Positions 18,999 to 28,342 of a stretch of DNA of 64,000 nt are shown piece after piece. The notes beneath the pieces are model-generated. The model did no database searches and was not told where the DNA came from. It saw only the letters and a program-made list of their open reading frames with translations. Location: positions 2,722,542 to 2,786,541 of the forward strand of contig CAXXKT010000001.1 in NCBI GenBank assembly GCA_963662405.2, written 5' to 3'. Both the position numbers and the translations under genes were made by a program. Origin of the DNA: Syntrophales bacterium. Its GTDB lineage: Bacteria > Desulfobacterota > Syntrophia > Syntrophales > UBA2210. Every line of letters starts with the position of its first letter. Position 1 is the first letter of the stretch.

Positions 18999-20153
18999 CT
19001 ACCACGATCTTCCGGATTTGTCACGAGCAACCCGGTCAAAAACCTCCAGCGTTTTCACGGCCGTTTTCCGCCAGGAGAACTGCCGTGACCGCTCAAAACC
19101 CCTCAGAATCATGGATTGCCGTGCGGTTGAATCCGTCAGTACCTGATCCAACTCGTGGGCAAGGGCGTCCACGTCTGTGGGATCGATCAAGACGGCGGCA
19201 TCACCGGAAACCTCCGGCATACTGGCCGCGTTGGAACAGATTACCGGGCAACCGCATGCCATGGCCTCAAGGATGGGGAGTCCGAATCCCTCATAAAGAC
19301 TGGGAAATACAAAAGCGGATGCTCCCGAGTACAGACAGGCAAGGGTCTCTTCGTCCACATGTCCGGCGATGAATATCCTTTTGCGCAGATCGGGATCGAT
19401 ACGCCGCAGCCATTCTTTATCCCCCCAGCCGTACCAGCCAACCAGGATAAGGGGGACCTGTGTCTGTATCCTGGTGAGTGCCTTGATCAGCAACGAAAGA
19501 TTCTTCCGCGGTTCCAGGGTTCCGACAAAGAGGATATACTCCTCAGGCCATCCCCGGTTTTGTAGTGTTTCCGTGACGTGCGGTTTTTCTCGAGGGGAAA
19601 ATATGGGATCGGCCGCAAGATAGGTTGTTGTGACGAGATCGGGAGGTACCCCCGTTTCTTCAATGATTTCATTTCTGACATAGTCTGAAATAGTCAGGAT
19701 ATGAGAAGCGTAGGGAAGCCTCCGCTGAAAAAAAAGATCAAAAAACCAGAGACGTTCCCGGGGGTGCTCGTTCCGGTATTTGATAAGGGAAAGATCGTAC
19801 ATGGTGTAGACAACCGGAACATCTCTGAGGGCCGCCGGGAAAAAGGTCGTTTCGTGATACACATCAACCGGCTGCTTTTTGCAACACCTCTGCAAGCGAT
19901 TCTCGAAATAATACCAGTGGAGGGTGCGTAACCCCGTCACCACGGGATCAGGTAATCGCCAGACCATTTCTCTCGTTTTTGACCAGCCCGCTGATTCGGC
20001 CTGATCGGGCATATGGGAAGAGGTGAGGGGACCCGTGCAGTACGTCACAGAGGTGTTAGGCAGTTGCTGCAGCTCGTTGTAGAGGCAGCGCTCATATCGT
20101 GAAATGCCGGTAAGTAATCCGGCAAGGGGGATTCCGTTCGCGAGGATTTTCAT
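18999..20153 (-). CDS. GT4 glycosyltransferase (WbdB/WbpY-like adaptor-type)
   Basis: TGISRY, VGTLEPRKNL, FPSLYEGFGLPILEAMACG. Confidence 0.9.
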   Translation of the reverse strand: MKILANGIPLAGLLTGISRYERCLYNELQQLPNTSVTYCTGPLTSSHMPDQAESAGWSKTREMVWRLPDPVVTGLRTLHWYYFENRLQRCCKKQPVDVYHETTFFPAALRDVPVVYTMYDLSLIKYRNEHPRERLWFFDLFFQRRLPYASHILTISDYVRNEIIEETGVPPDLVTTTYLAADPIFSPREKPHVTETLQNRGWPEEYILFVGTLEPRKNLSLLIKALTRIQTQVPLILVGWYGWGDKEWLRRIDPDLRKRIFIAGHVDEETLACLYSGASAFVFPSLYEGFGLPILEAMACGCPVICSNAASMPEVSGDAAVLIDPTDVDALAHELDQVLTDSTARQSMILRGFERSRQFSWRKTAVKTLEVFDRVARDKSGRSW

Positions 20154-20171
20154 TGTGATGCCTGATGTAGT

Positions 20172-21080
20172 TTAATGTGTTGGACGGAAGGGTTTTAACC
20201 CTACGGCAACTCCCATGTTGCGGCTGTCGGTGGATATCCCTTCCAATTGAGGGTTCCATGTCCGACTTACCTGAAATGTCAGGGCCGTTGAGTCTTTTAG
20301 TTCTTCGGGAGTGATGACAAGTTGTTTCCAACTATGATCACTGAAGGTTTCCCGTCTGATCAGATCTCTATCGCTCATGATATCGACCGTAACCGGCTCT
20401 TGATCGATATCGGGATGGGCGCACAGGAGAAAAAGTGTTACACCTTTCTTAAATTCTCTTTGCACATTCAGAGAGGCCCGCATCCCGGTCCAGCGAAAGC
20501 GGGGCGGCAGGTCATCGGAAAACCGTCCGGTGGATTCCCAGGCATGAAACCCGACTCCCTCCACAGGCATAATCCTCAGAAAGGCCACCGGACTAACGGC
20601 GACGCCCAAATCTCGTGTATCTTTATTGATTCCCAGCTTGGATGGATTGAATGTCTTGCTGACCTTCATCTTCAGGGTCATGTCCCGACCCGCTATGCCG
20701 GGGAGGTAATAATAGAGAGGTCTGGACCCACTTTCCATAAAATGGACAGTATCCAATAATGTCTCATTCATATAAATCGTGAGTTCAACCCCTCGTTCAT
20801 CGATGTTATGTGGAGCCGCGTACACCGTCAGTCCCAGTATGTCGGTTTCAGCTCTTGTTGGCTGACATGCGGCCTTCCCGGTCCATCGCATTTTCCTTTT
20901 ATCGTTTTTTCCTCCCCATTGTTCCCATCCATACAAGCCATACTCAAACGGAACTGGGCATGCATTTTTCGTACAGTAATTGTACAGATGCCCGACGAAA
21001 ACCACCAATACCATAAACAACAACAGCGGCTTTACAAAACGATTATATGGGGGTAAAAACGGACAGGACATGGAAAACAA
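20172..21080 (-). CDS. Membrane-anchored protein with two tandem copies of a beta-sandwich-like domain (start uncertain)
   Basis: One TM helix, then a duplicated unit: GLYGWE…RWTG…DTRDLGVAV and GFHAWE…RWTG…DSRNMGVAV. Confidence 0.7.
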   Translation of the reverse strand: MFSMSCPFLPPYNRFVKPLLLFMVLVVFVGHLYNYCTKNACPVPFEYGLYGWEQWGGKNDKRKMRWTGKAACQPTRAETDILGLTVYAAPHNIDERGVELTIYMNETLLDTVHFMESGSRPLYYYLPGIAGRDMTLKMKVSKTFNPSKLGINKDTRDLGVAVSPVAFLRIMPVEGVGFHAWESTGRFSDDLPPRFRWTGMRASLNVQREFKKGVTLFLLCAHPDIDQEPVTVDIMSDRDLIRRETFSDHSWKQLVITPEELKDSTALTFQVSRTWNPQLEGISTDSRNMGVAVGLKPFRPTH

Positions 21081-21084
21081 TCAC

Positions 21085-22581
21085 TCATGAAATCGGTTCG
21101 GTGTTGCTCACCGCTTTATACTGAATCGAAAGCATGGCTACAACAAACCAGAAGAGAAGTTGCTGTGGCGATAACAGCAGGGGATGACCGGTCACCATCG
21201 TAATCAGGTATGCGCCGAATCCAAAAAGAAGCCCCCTTCGTACGTTACGATAGCAGACGTCCTGCACGAATTGATGCAGCCCTGCTCGAAAAGCACAATA
21301 GATAATGATTAAGAACACAATCAGTGCCGGGATCCCCAAGTCAGCGGCAAACTGGAGGTAGTAGTTATGGGCATTCTCGCGCCTCTGGGGATGGGGGGTG
21401 TCGGAATAGTGATAGTACGGTGATATGCGACGGAAGGTCCCGATGCCACTTCCTGTCAAAGGGTATTCCCTTAAAATGCCAAGCGCCTGATCAGCACTCA
21501 TATATCTGCCCGCCAAGGGACTTTTCGGACCAATGAGGTTTTTCACAAGGAGCCGCCTGGCATACCGCTGCATTGTGTAATGATCAGACTTCTCGATCAG
21601 AGAAGGGAATAGATTGAGAAGTAAGAAACAGGTGCCTATCACACCCAAAAAAACGATGCTTTTGCGTTTCCCAAACGTACATGCCAGAAAAATAGTCCCG
21701 ATAATACAAAATGCCGCCACCGTCGCGATACTGCTTGATAAGAAAATAAGGAATGCAAGCATCACGGCAACCGCAGTGCCAATCATCCGCTGAAGCGGGC
21801 TCGTTGTTGTTCTCGATATCCCCCAGAACACGAAAAGGAGCACAACAACATAACTTCCCCATGAATGTGGATCATCAAAGGGAGAGAATAAGATCAAGCC
21901 CTTATGTTTTGCGGGAAGATTAAAAGCGGCCTGTATGAGATAAAAGACAAAAAGAATGATGACATGGACAAGAAAAACGTATACAAACCTTTCCCATCTC
22001 TCCTCGTCTGCAGCTTCTAATTCCATGATTCTATACAGAAAGAGCCCCTGGAGAAGAATAAAAGCAGCAAAAGGACCAAACATCGGATCGGTTTGCATCA
22101 TTGATGGATAACACGACCACAAACGGTACAGGACATAATCCGGGGGATATTGAAGCATAATTGCGATAAGAGATAAGACAACAACCGCCGATAGGACATC
22201 TATCATGTCACCAATAATGGACTGCGGTCGCATAGCTTGTCTACGATAAAAGAACCGTTTTGTAATCCAAGTCAGGTAAATACCGGCAAACCAGAAACTC
22301 AAAAAACACACCGGAAGCAAGCCCACCTGAAACAACCCGTTCACCAGCGGGATGCATGCGATAAAAACGAGGAGGCTCCACAGGATACTCCACCAACTGA
22401 CCACGGCAATTCCCAAAATTCCGGCGGAACTTACAAGGAAAAGCCCCGAGGGAGCGTTGTAAAGATACGCCGAAATCAGCCAGAGGCACAGCACGCCGAA
22501 GCCAGTAAACGCGAAGTACCGGAGAATATCAAAGATACGATTCATCCTGCCATCAATATGTCCTAAAGAATTTTTTTTCAC
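21085..22581 (-). CDS. O-antigen ligase family (WaaL/Wzy_C) membrane protein
   Basis: Multi-TM, PLTGSGIGTF, ENAHNYYLQFAADLGI. Confidence 0.85.
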   Translation of the reverse strand: MKKNSLGHIDGRMNRIFDILRYFAFTGFGVLCLWLISAYLYNAPSGLFLVSSAGILGIAVVSWWSILWSLLVFIACIPLVNGLFQVGLLPVCFLSFWFAGIYLTWITKRFFYRRQAMRPQSIIGDMIDVLSAVVVLSLIAIMLQYPPDYVLYRLWSCYPSMMQTDPMFGPFAAFILLQGLFLYRIMELEAADEERWERFVYVFLVHVIILFVFYLIQAAFNLPAKHKGLILFSPFDDPHSWGSYVVVLLFVFWGISRTTTSPLQRMIGTAVAVMLAFLIFLSSSIATVAAFCIIGTIFLACTFGKRKSIVFLGVIGTCFLLLNLFPSLIEKSDHYTMQRYARRLLVKNLIGPKSPLAGRYMSADQALGILREYPLTGSGIGTFRRISPYYHYSDTPHPQRRENAHNYYLQFAADLGIPALIVFLIIIYCAFRAGLHQFVQDVCYRNVRRGLLFGFGAYLITMVTGHPLLLSPQQLLFWFVVAMLSIQYKAVSNTEPIS

Positions 22582-22643
22582 TATCCTAAGGGCTCATGAG
22601 CTCAACAGCTCAATCACTCCTCAACCCTCAATCTCTCAATCTT

Positions 22644-24617
22644 TTACCCACTCCTCGCCCCCTTGAAAACAATATTTCCCACCGCCTTCCAGAAATAGAC
22701 CCACTGTGTCTTGACCGGATGCGTCAGGTAGGCGTCGATATACCGCCTCTCAGACTCACATATTTCATCAAAAGTCTTGGGCAGATCCGCATAGAAGGGA
22801 GGAATGAGTCCCGGAAGAACGCTTTTCCGCAATTCACGGAGATCATCAGGGTACATGTTGAAATACTGATAACTCAAAGGTCTAACTCCAACAAGATTGA
22901 GATCTCCCCGTATCCAGTTATAAAGCATGGGCAGTTCATCCAGCCATGTCTTTCTCATCAACCGGCCCAGAGCTGTAACGCGAAAATCGTCCCGGAATTT
23001 CCCGCCCCGCTGCAACCTGTTTTTGTCGAACACATAGCCCTGGAGATATTCGGAATAGGGGTGCATAGTCCTGAATTTATAGACTACTATATTGCGTCCC
23101 CCCGCACCGATCCGGTTGAGTCTGACAAGGGGGCCATAGGAAGGGTTTTCATCGACCGAAGAGGTCTTCATTTTCTGTGCTATAAAATACAGTTCATTCC
23201 CGATCTCCCGTTCCGCGACTATCGAAAAACCGCAGAAGCAGAGGCGGCCCAGTGCCTCTGCCCGTGAAATAGCCCGGTTCTTCCCCTTCGTTAGCGCGAA
23301 ATATATCTTTTTTGTCACTGGAAGCTTAGGTAAGAGTCGTCGAAAGAAAAAATCGATAGAATAGAGAATATACCTGAAATTTTTGGGATATTTCTTGAAG
23401 AAGTATTTGTGGTGCAGTGCAATGGTATGCACTTTCCCGACAAAATACCCGCCGGGAAGAATGATCCTGTGGGCTTCCAGAAAATAGCGGTTCAACCACC
23501 GGATATTATTGATACGCATAGTGTTGATTAATAGACGTGTCGGATGTTCATCGAGGATTGCCAGGCGTATCCGCTCCCTGCTGTGCGCGATTGTCGATTC
23601 CGCCCTGACAATATGGGACAGATCCACCTTCTCATCAAGAAAGTCAAAGACCTCCGGCACGTCGGAAAACGCCTCCCGCAAGGTATCCCTCACGGGGCTC
23701 GTGAGGCGGGCACGCAATGTATCGATATCGACATCGAGTGGAAGGTCTTCCTGCCGGATAGATGCCGTCACTTCCTCGATCGATTCAATATCTTTCCCAT
23801 TATTGTCATTTCTGCTGAGGGTGTAATAGATAAGATACAGAACAGATTCGCCGATGAAAAGAAGAGTAAAAAATCCGAATACCTGCAATCTCGAATAATA
23901 AAACAACCTGAATGCGAAGATGAGAACCGCCATGGTCGCCGCCATGAAGGCGACCGCCTTTACCCACTGCGCCATGGCGTAGAAATAATTTCGATACCGG
24001 CTATCGAATTTCCTGGTTATAAGAGCGGTGGCAAACCACAGACCATAGACGAGAAGAAGGAGCCCCTCGTAGCGGGATGACAGGTTAAGCGTCCCTCTTT
24101 TTAAATAATTCATTATAAAAAAGATACCAGTGACCAGGAGGAAATCACCAACCGACAAAACAAGGATCGCCCCGAGCCCCGGTCTCGCCCGAGACGCGGT
24201 GAAATCGGTCCCCGTTTCAGCTCCTCTTGTCTGGTGAAGCATGCGATACCAGATCGAAAAAACAATCAACTCCCCCATAAAAAAAAGACCGCAGGTCCCG
24301 AAGACCTGCAGCCTCGAATATCCGTGGAGCCCCAGCAGATACACCATGAGGGCCACGCAGTAGAGGATATATATCGTCGATCGCCCCAACAGAAACACCA
24401 ACGCCTGATACCCTTTATGAAAGTCGAACCGAAATTTGTCCGTAAAGAGCGAAACAAATAGCCATATGCAATAAATTGCGATTAACAGTTTTGCGTACAG
24501 GGGAGAAAGCTCGAACGTCCCCCGTTTCCAATAATTCATTCCGAAGAACGCGATATTCAGCAGGACAAAATCGATAAGAACAAAATAAAAATGGGAAAGA
24601 TAACCTTTCCTCACCAT
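22644..24617 (-). CDS. Initiating phosphoglycosyl transferase (Bac_transf) with long N-terminal extension
   Basis: C-terminal YKFRTM, DDFRVT, WLDELP, LVGVRP. Duplicated N-terminal TM block. Confidence 0.88.
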   Translation of the reverse strand: MVRKGYLSHFYFVLIDFVLLNIAFFGMNYWKRGTFELSPLYAKLLIAIYCIWLFVSLFTDKFRFDFHKGYQALVFLLGRSTIYILYCVALMVYLLGLHGYSRLQVFGTCGLFFMGELIVFSIWYRMLHQTRGAETGTDFTASRARPGLGAILVLSVGDFLLVTGIFFIMNYLKRGTLNLSSRYEGLLLLVYGLWFATALITRKFDSRYRNYFYAMAQWVKAVAFMAATMAVLIFAFRLFYYSRLQVFGFFTLLFIGESVLYLIYYTLSRNDNNGKDIESIEEVTASIRQEDLPLDVDIDTLRARLTSPVRDTLREAFSDVPEVFDFLDEKVDLSHIVRAESTIAHSRERIRLAILDEHPTRLLINTMRINNIRWLNRYFLEAHRIILPGGYFVGKVHTIALHHKYFFKKYPKNFRYILYSIDFFFRRLLPKLPVTKKIYFALTKGKNRAISRAEALGRLCFCGFSIVAEREIGNELYFIAQKMKTSSVDENPSYGPLVRLNRIGAGGRNIVVYKFRTMHPYSEYLQGYVFDKNRLQRGGKFRDDFRVTALGRLMRKTWLDELPMLYNWIRGDLNLVGVRPLSYQYFNMYPDDLRELRKSVLPGLIPPFYADLPKTFDEICESERRYIDAYLTHPVKTQWVYFWKAVGNIVFKGARSG

Positions 24618-24728
24618 AAACTCCCCATAGTTTCTACGTTAATTCCTCACACCCTTTTTCATTTTCTCATCAGATCAAGAGTTTATCAGCTTTTTCACTC
24701 TTCACATAATCTCCAAATTCCCATAAGT

Positions 24729-25826
24729 TCAACTCCGAAACCGGTATTGATACTCAGGGTCCTCTTGCATTGTTTTCACACTCTCTGGATAATTTTCAAC
24801 AAACCAGGTCATAAATTGAGCTACGTCGATTTTTTCCTCCAGCATTTTGTCTTTCCGTATAGAAAAAATCTCTTTTATATTTTCTGTGGAGACAAGTTCA
24901 CGAACTGTTTCAAGCAATTGTTCTGATTGATTCGGCTTGATGCCGAACCCTAGTTCGTAGGTGTCCTCAATCTCTGCCAAATATCCGATTCTTCCAACGA
25001 AGTCATTAACCCGAACGAAGGGTGTGCCCAAAACCCCTGCCTCTGCTGCCATTGTCTGGCTGTCTCCTATATAAAGAGAGGCAAAGGCTATGACATGATG
25101 GATATCTAAAGGATCAATGACCAAACGGTAGGGCTCGAGCTCAGGAGGCAGATCTCTTTCACTTGTAATATATACCTTTCCCCGTGGTGAGAGTATGTCT
25201 ATCAATTTCATTGCAAGAGCATTGTTGATTCCTTGTATTCCCTTATCGTGATGGGCCGTGAGTTTGGCAAAGCGGATTAGAAAAAAGGGGTCACTGGTAT
25301 TGAAGTAGGATTCAACAATATCACGTGACGGGTCAAAATGATTTGGGTGTAGGTATGATAGCTCGTGGTAGCCTTCATATTTAATGGACTTGCTTTCCCA
25401 CTTGCCATTATTACATACCCGTGGCGACAAAATATGAGAGCACCAAGGATAACTTGTCAGAGAAAACATTGGGACAACAGAGGTATCATCTTCATTGACA
25501 ATGATTGATGGTATTTTCAGCAGGGTCCCAACGTGCCCGATTTCCACGGAGGTACCCATGAGTAAATCCGGTCGCTTTGACAAACAATAATGGAAGAGCT
25601 TCCCCTCACGCTTTATGGCACCCCAAGCCATCCCTGCCTTGGTGTCTTTACGGCCTTTAGGTAAAAGGTTTTGATAAAGGATGTTGCTCCGTCCGAGCAA
25701 ATCCTCAAGAATATCTTTTTTCTTGATCAAAATAGAAACATGATGCCCATTTGTTTGAAGATTTCTAATGATATTCTTGAACAAATGAAAGTGAGCCGGG
25801 TGTCCAAGATATATAAGATAATTCAT
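24729..25826 (-). CDS. DUF354-family GT-B-like protein
   Basis: HPAHFHLFK, YEGYHELSYLHP, IGDSQTMAAEAGVLGTP. Confidence 0.8.
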   Translation of the reverse strand: MNYLIYLGHPAHFHLFKNIIRNLQTNGHHVSILIKKKDILEDLLGRSNILYQNLLPKGRKDTKAGMAWGAIKREGKLFHYCLSKRPDLLMGTSVEIGHVGTLLKIPSIIVNEDDTSVVPMFSLTSYPWCSHILSPRVCNNGKWESKSIKYEGYHELSYLHPNHFDPSRDIVESYFNTSDPFFLIRFAKLTAHHDKGIQGINNALAMKLIDILSPRGKVYITSERDLPPELEPYRLVIDPLDIHHVIAFASLYIGDSQTMAAEAGVLGTPFVRVNDFVGRIGYLAEIEDTYELGFGIKPNQSEQLLETVRELVSTENIKEIFSIRKDKMLEEKIDVAQFMTWFVENYPESVKTMQEDPEYQYRFRS

Positions 25827-25926
25827 GATTCGGCGATAATCTTGATTTTAATGGCAAAACAATTTGAATTTTATATTTTGCTTAATAGAATTGATGCTAT
25901 TCATTCCATAATCAATCAAAATATTA

Positions 25927-27288
25927 TTATTCAATCAAAACAAATCTTCTTTTTCCGCTTATTGTCAGTGGGACATTTTTAACAATTTCGACTTCAACTT
26001 TTTTTTGCATCTCTTTTTCCCAATAGTTTTTAATAAAAGTCGAAACATCGGGTTTAAATAGATTATTCACTACTAGCTTAAATATAACCCTATCAATACT
26101 ATCTACTACCTGAAATTGATCAATTGCACCAAAAGTTGGGAGGTCTTGGCGAGAGAAAAAGATTGTAAAATCATGCACTATAAACTTGCCTTTGGGTAAT
26201 TCCAAAACCTCATTTTCCCTACCCAATATTCTAGTAATCTTTAAATGTTTTCTGCCACACTCGCAAGGTTTTGAATTTATCTCCACTAAATCTTGCGTAT
26301 CATAGCGAATGAATGGATGAGCCAAATTCCACAAATCAGTTGAAATAAGTCGACCAACCCCTTCTAACAACAGGTTACCATCTTCATCAATTATTTCGCT
26401 GATGCCATATTCTTCAGTTGAATGATAACATGTGTGAGTAGGGCATTCAAATACCATAGAATTGCCCTCGCAAGCATAGGAATCAAAAATTCTGCAATCA
26501 AATGCCTCCTCGATTTCATTGCGAGTTTCAGCAAATAATGTGTTGCCAGTTGTTGTTATTGCCCTTGGTGAAAATTTATATTCTGGGTGTAGCTTTTTAT
26601 AGCGTGCTAAAAACAATAATGGATCTGGATAGCATCTGATTACTTTAGGTTTGTAATCCTCTACTTGACTGAGAATAAAAGCAAAAGTTTCATCAATTAA
26701 GGGACTGGTTGCCAAGTATAAATTATTACTCATTTTATCCTGTAAACGTTTCATTGGGTTTTTTCTAGGGTTTTGACTCAGTTTAATATATTTGTCACCC
26801 AAGCGAAAACCCATCCAATACCATCCCCTCAAATTTGCAGCGATATTCATAGAATAAGCTTCTTTGGTCCTAAAATAGGATAAAGGCTCTCCAGTTGACC
26901 CACTTGAGCTGCTTTTTACTCTTTTATTATTGGGAACATTCCTTGATGTAAATCTGTCAATCCCTTCTTTTTTAATGATAGATTTTGTCAAAACAGGAAG
27001 TTTAGCTAAATCATTCTTCATTTGGATATCATTCGGAGTTAAATTAAGACTATCAAATAAATCATGATAATAGGGAACGTAATGATAAGCATTATTGATG
27101 AGTATCTTAAGCCGTTTGTTTTGAAACGATTCGATGTGCTCTCTTGACCAGAACTGGCTTTTATTTAGGAATTTAAGTTTATTATAAACAGAGTTGCCCG
27201 TGAGCAAATCGCTTATCGGCAAGTATGTTTTTTCTTGCAAAAAGTGAGATAAAAACATGTGTGTTTTGTTTTTCATTTTACTCCCCAT
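25927..27288 (-). CDS. capK: CapK-like adenylate-forming enzyme (phenylacetate-CoA ligase family)
   Basis: VPYY, LPVLTK, SSSGSTGEP, PFIRYDTQD, ILGRE, SGKRR. Confidence 0.82.
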   Translation of the reverse strand: MGSKMKNKTHMFLSHFLQEKTYLPISDLLTGNSVYNKLKFLNKSQFWSREHIESFQNKRLKILINNAYHYVPYYHDLFDSLNLTPNDIQMKNDLAKLPVLTKSIIKKEGIDRFTSRNVPNNKRVKSSSSGSTGEPLSYFRTKEAYSMNIAANLRGWYWMGFRLGDKYIKLSQNPRKNPMKRLQDKMSNNLYLATSPLIDETFAFILSQVEDYKPKVIRCYPDPLLFLARYKKLHPEYKFSPRAITTTGNTLFAETRNEIEEAFDCRIFDSYACEGNSMVFECPTHTCYHSTEEYGISEIIDEDGNLLLEGVGRLISTDLWNLAHPFIRYDTQDLVEINSKPCECGRKHLKITRILGRENEVLELPKGKFIVHDFTIFFSRQDLPTFGAIDQFQVVDSIDRVIFKLVVNNLFKPDVSTFIKNYWEKEMQKKVEVEIVKNVPLTISGKRRFVLIE

Positions 27289-27340
27289 ACAATAGGGATC
27301 TCTTCATTGTTAAAAACGGATTATCGATGGAGAACTTTTA

Positions 27341-28342
27341 TCAATTATTATATATACTGATTAACTTGTTTTTTTGATTAGACCATTTAAGTGAATTTGA
27401 AAACATAAGGCCATTATTAACTAATAATATGTTTTTGTTTTGGTCAGCAAGAGCTTTAAGTATCTTATCTTGTAATTTATCTAAATTGTTAGATTGAAAC
27501 AGATAACCTGTTTCACCATCTTTAACGATATACTTGATACCGCCGACATCTGAGGATATAACTAATATTCCATTGAGATATCCTTCGATTATAGATAACG
27601 GATAATTATCAATTGTGCTTGGGTTTATCATAATATCAGCTTTATTTAATTCAGTATAAATAGATTTATTATCAATTTTACCTTTAAAAACAACATCGTG
27701 TATATCTAGTTTGCTTACATAATTCTCTAGATTTAACTTCTCTCCACCATCACCAATGATAGTTAGCGTCGCGTTATTATACTTAGATTGAATTACTTGA
27801 AATGCATCAATAGCTAACCTAATGTTATATATTTCTTCGAGTGATCTGATTGTAATAAATTTTGGATTAAAATTTTTTCGAATCTTAAAAACATTTATAT
27901 TATCATTAATTATGTTTGGGACAATAACTGATTTATATCCGAATTTATAAAATGTATCATGCAAAAATGGTGAAAGTGTGATTAATACACTTAGATACTG
28001 GAAGAAATATTTCAACATCCAATTCCAACTTTGAAGAAATTGTTCGGCACCACCGCCATGATAAGTTGCAATACTTTTTTTACCCCAGAGCCACGCTGAA
28101 ATTATCGAAATTGCAATTGGATAAAAACCCAAGTATGAACAACCATGAGCGTGAATTACATCGAATCTTCTACTTCGTATTAATAGTAGGGGAAAAGAAA
28201 TAAATTTATGAAAGTAACTTCCATGGGTATTGTGAAATTCAGCAAATATGTTCTCTTTTGGAAGTTCGGAAAGAAGTAAATCAATTTGACCAGATATTGA
28301 GCCAGTATTTCCTTTATAATTGCCTACAATCAACACTTTCAT
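27341..28342 (-). CDS. GT4 glycosyltransferase
   Basis: HGG, RSLEEIYN, DNYPLSIIE, SDVGGI. Confidence 0.88.
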   Translation of the reverse strand: MKVLIVGNYKGNTGSISGQIDLLLSELPKENIFAEFHNTHGSYFHKFISFPLLLIRSRRFDVIHAHGCSYLGFYPIAISIISAWLWGKKSIATYHGGGAEQFLQSWNWMLKYFFQYLSVLITLSPFLHDTFYKFGYKSVIVPNIINDNINVFKIRKNFNPKFITIRSLEEIYNIRLAIDAFQVIQSKYNNATLTIIGDGGEKLNLENYVSKLDIHDVVFKGKIDNKSIYTELNKADIMINPSTIDNYPLSIIEGYLNGILVISSDVGGIKYIVKDGETGYLFQSNNLDKLQDKILKALADQNKNILLVNNGLMFSNSLKWSNQKNKLISIYNN

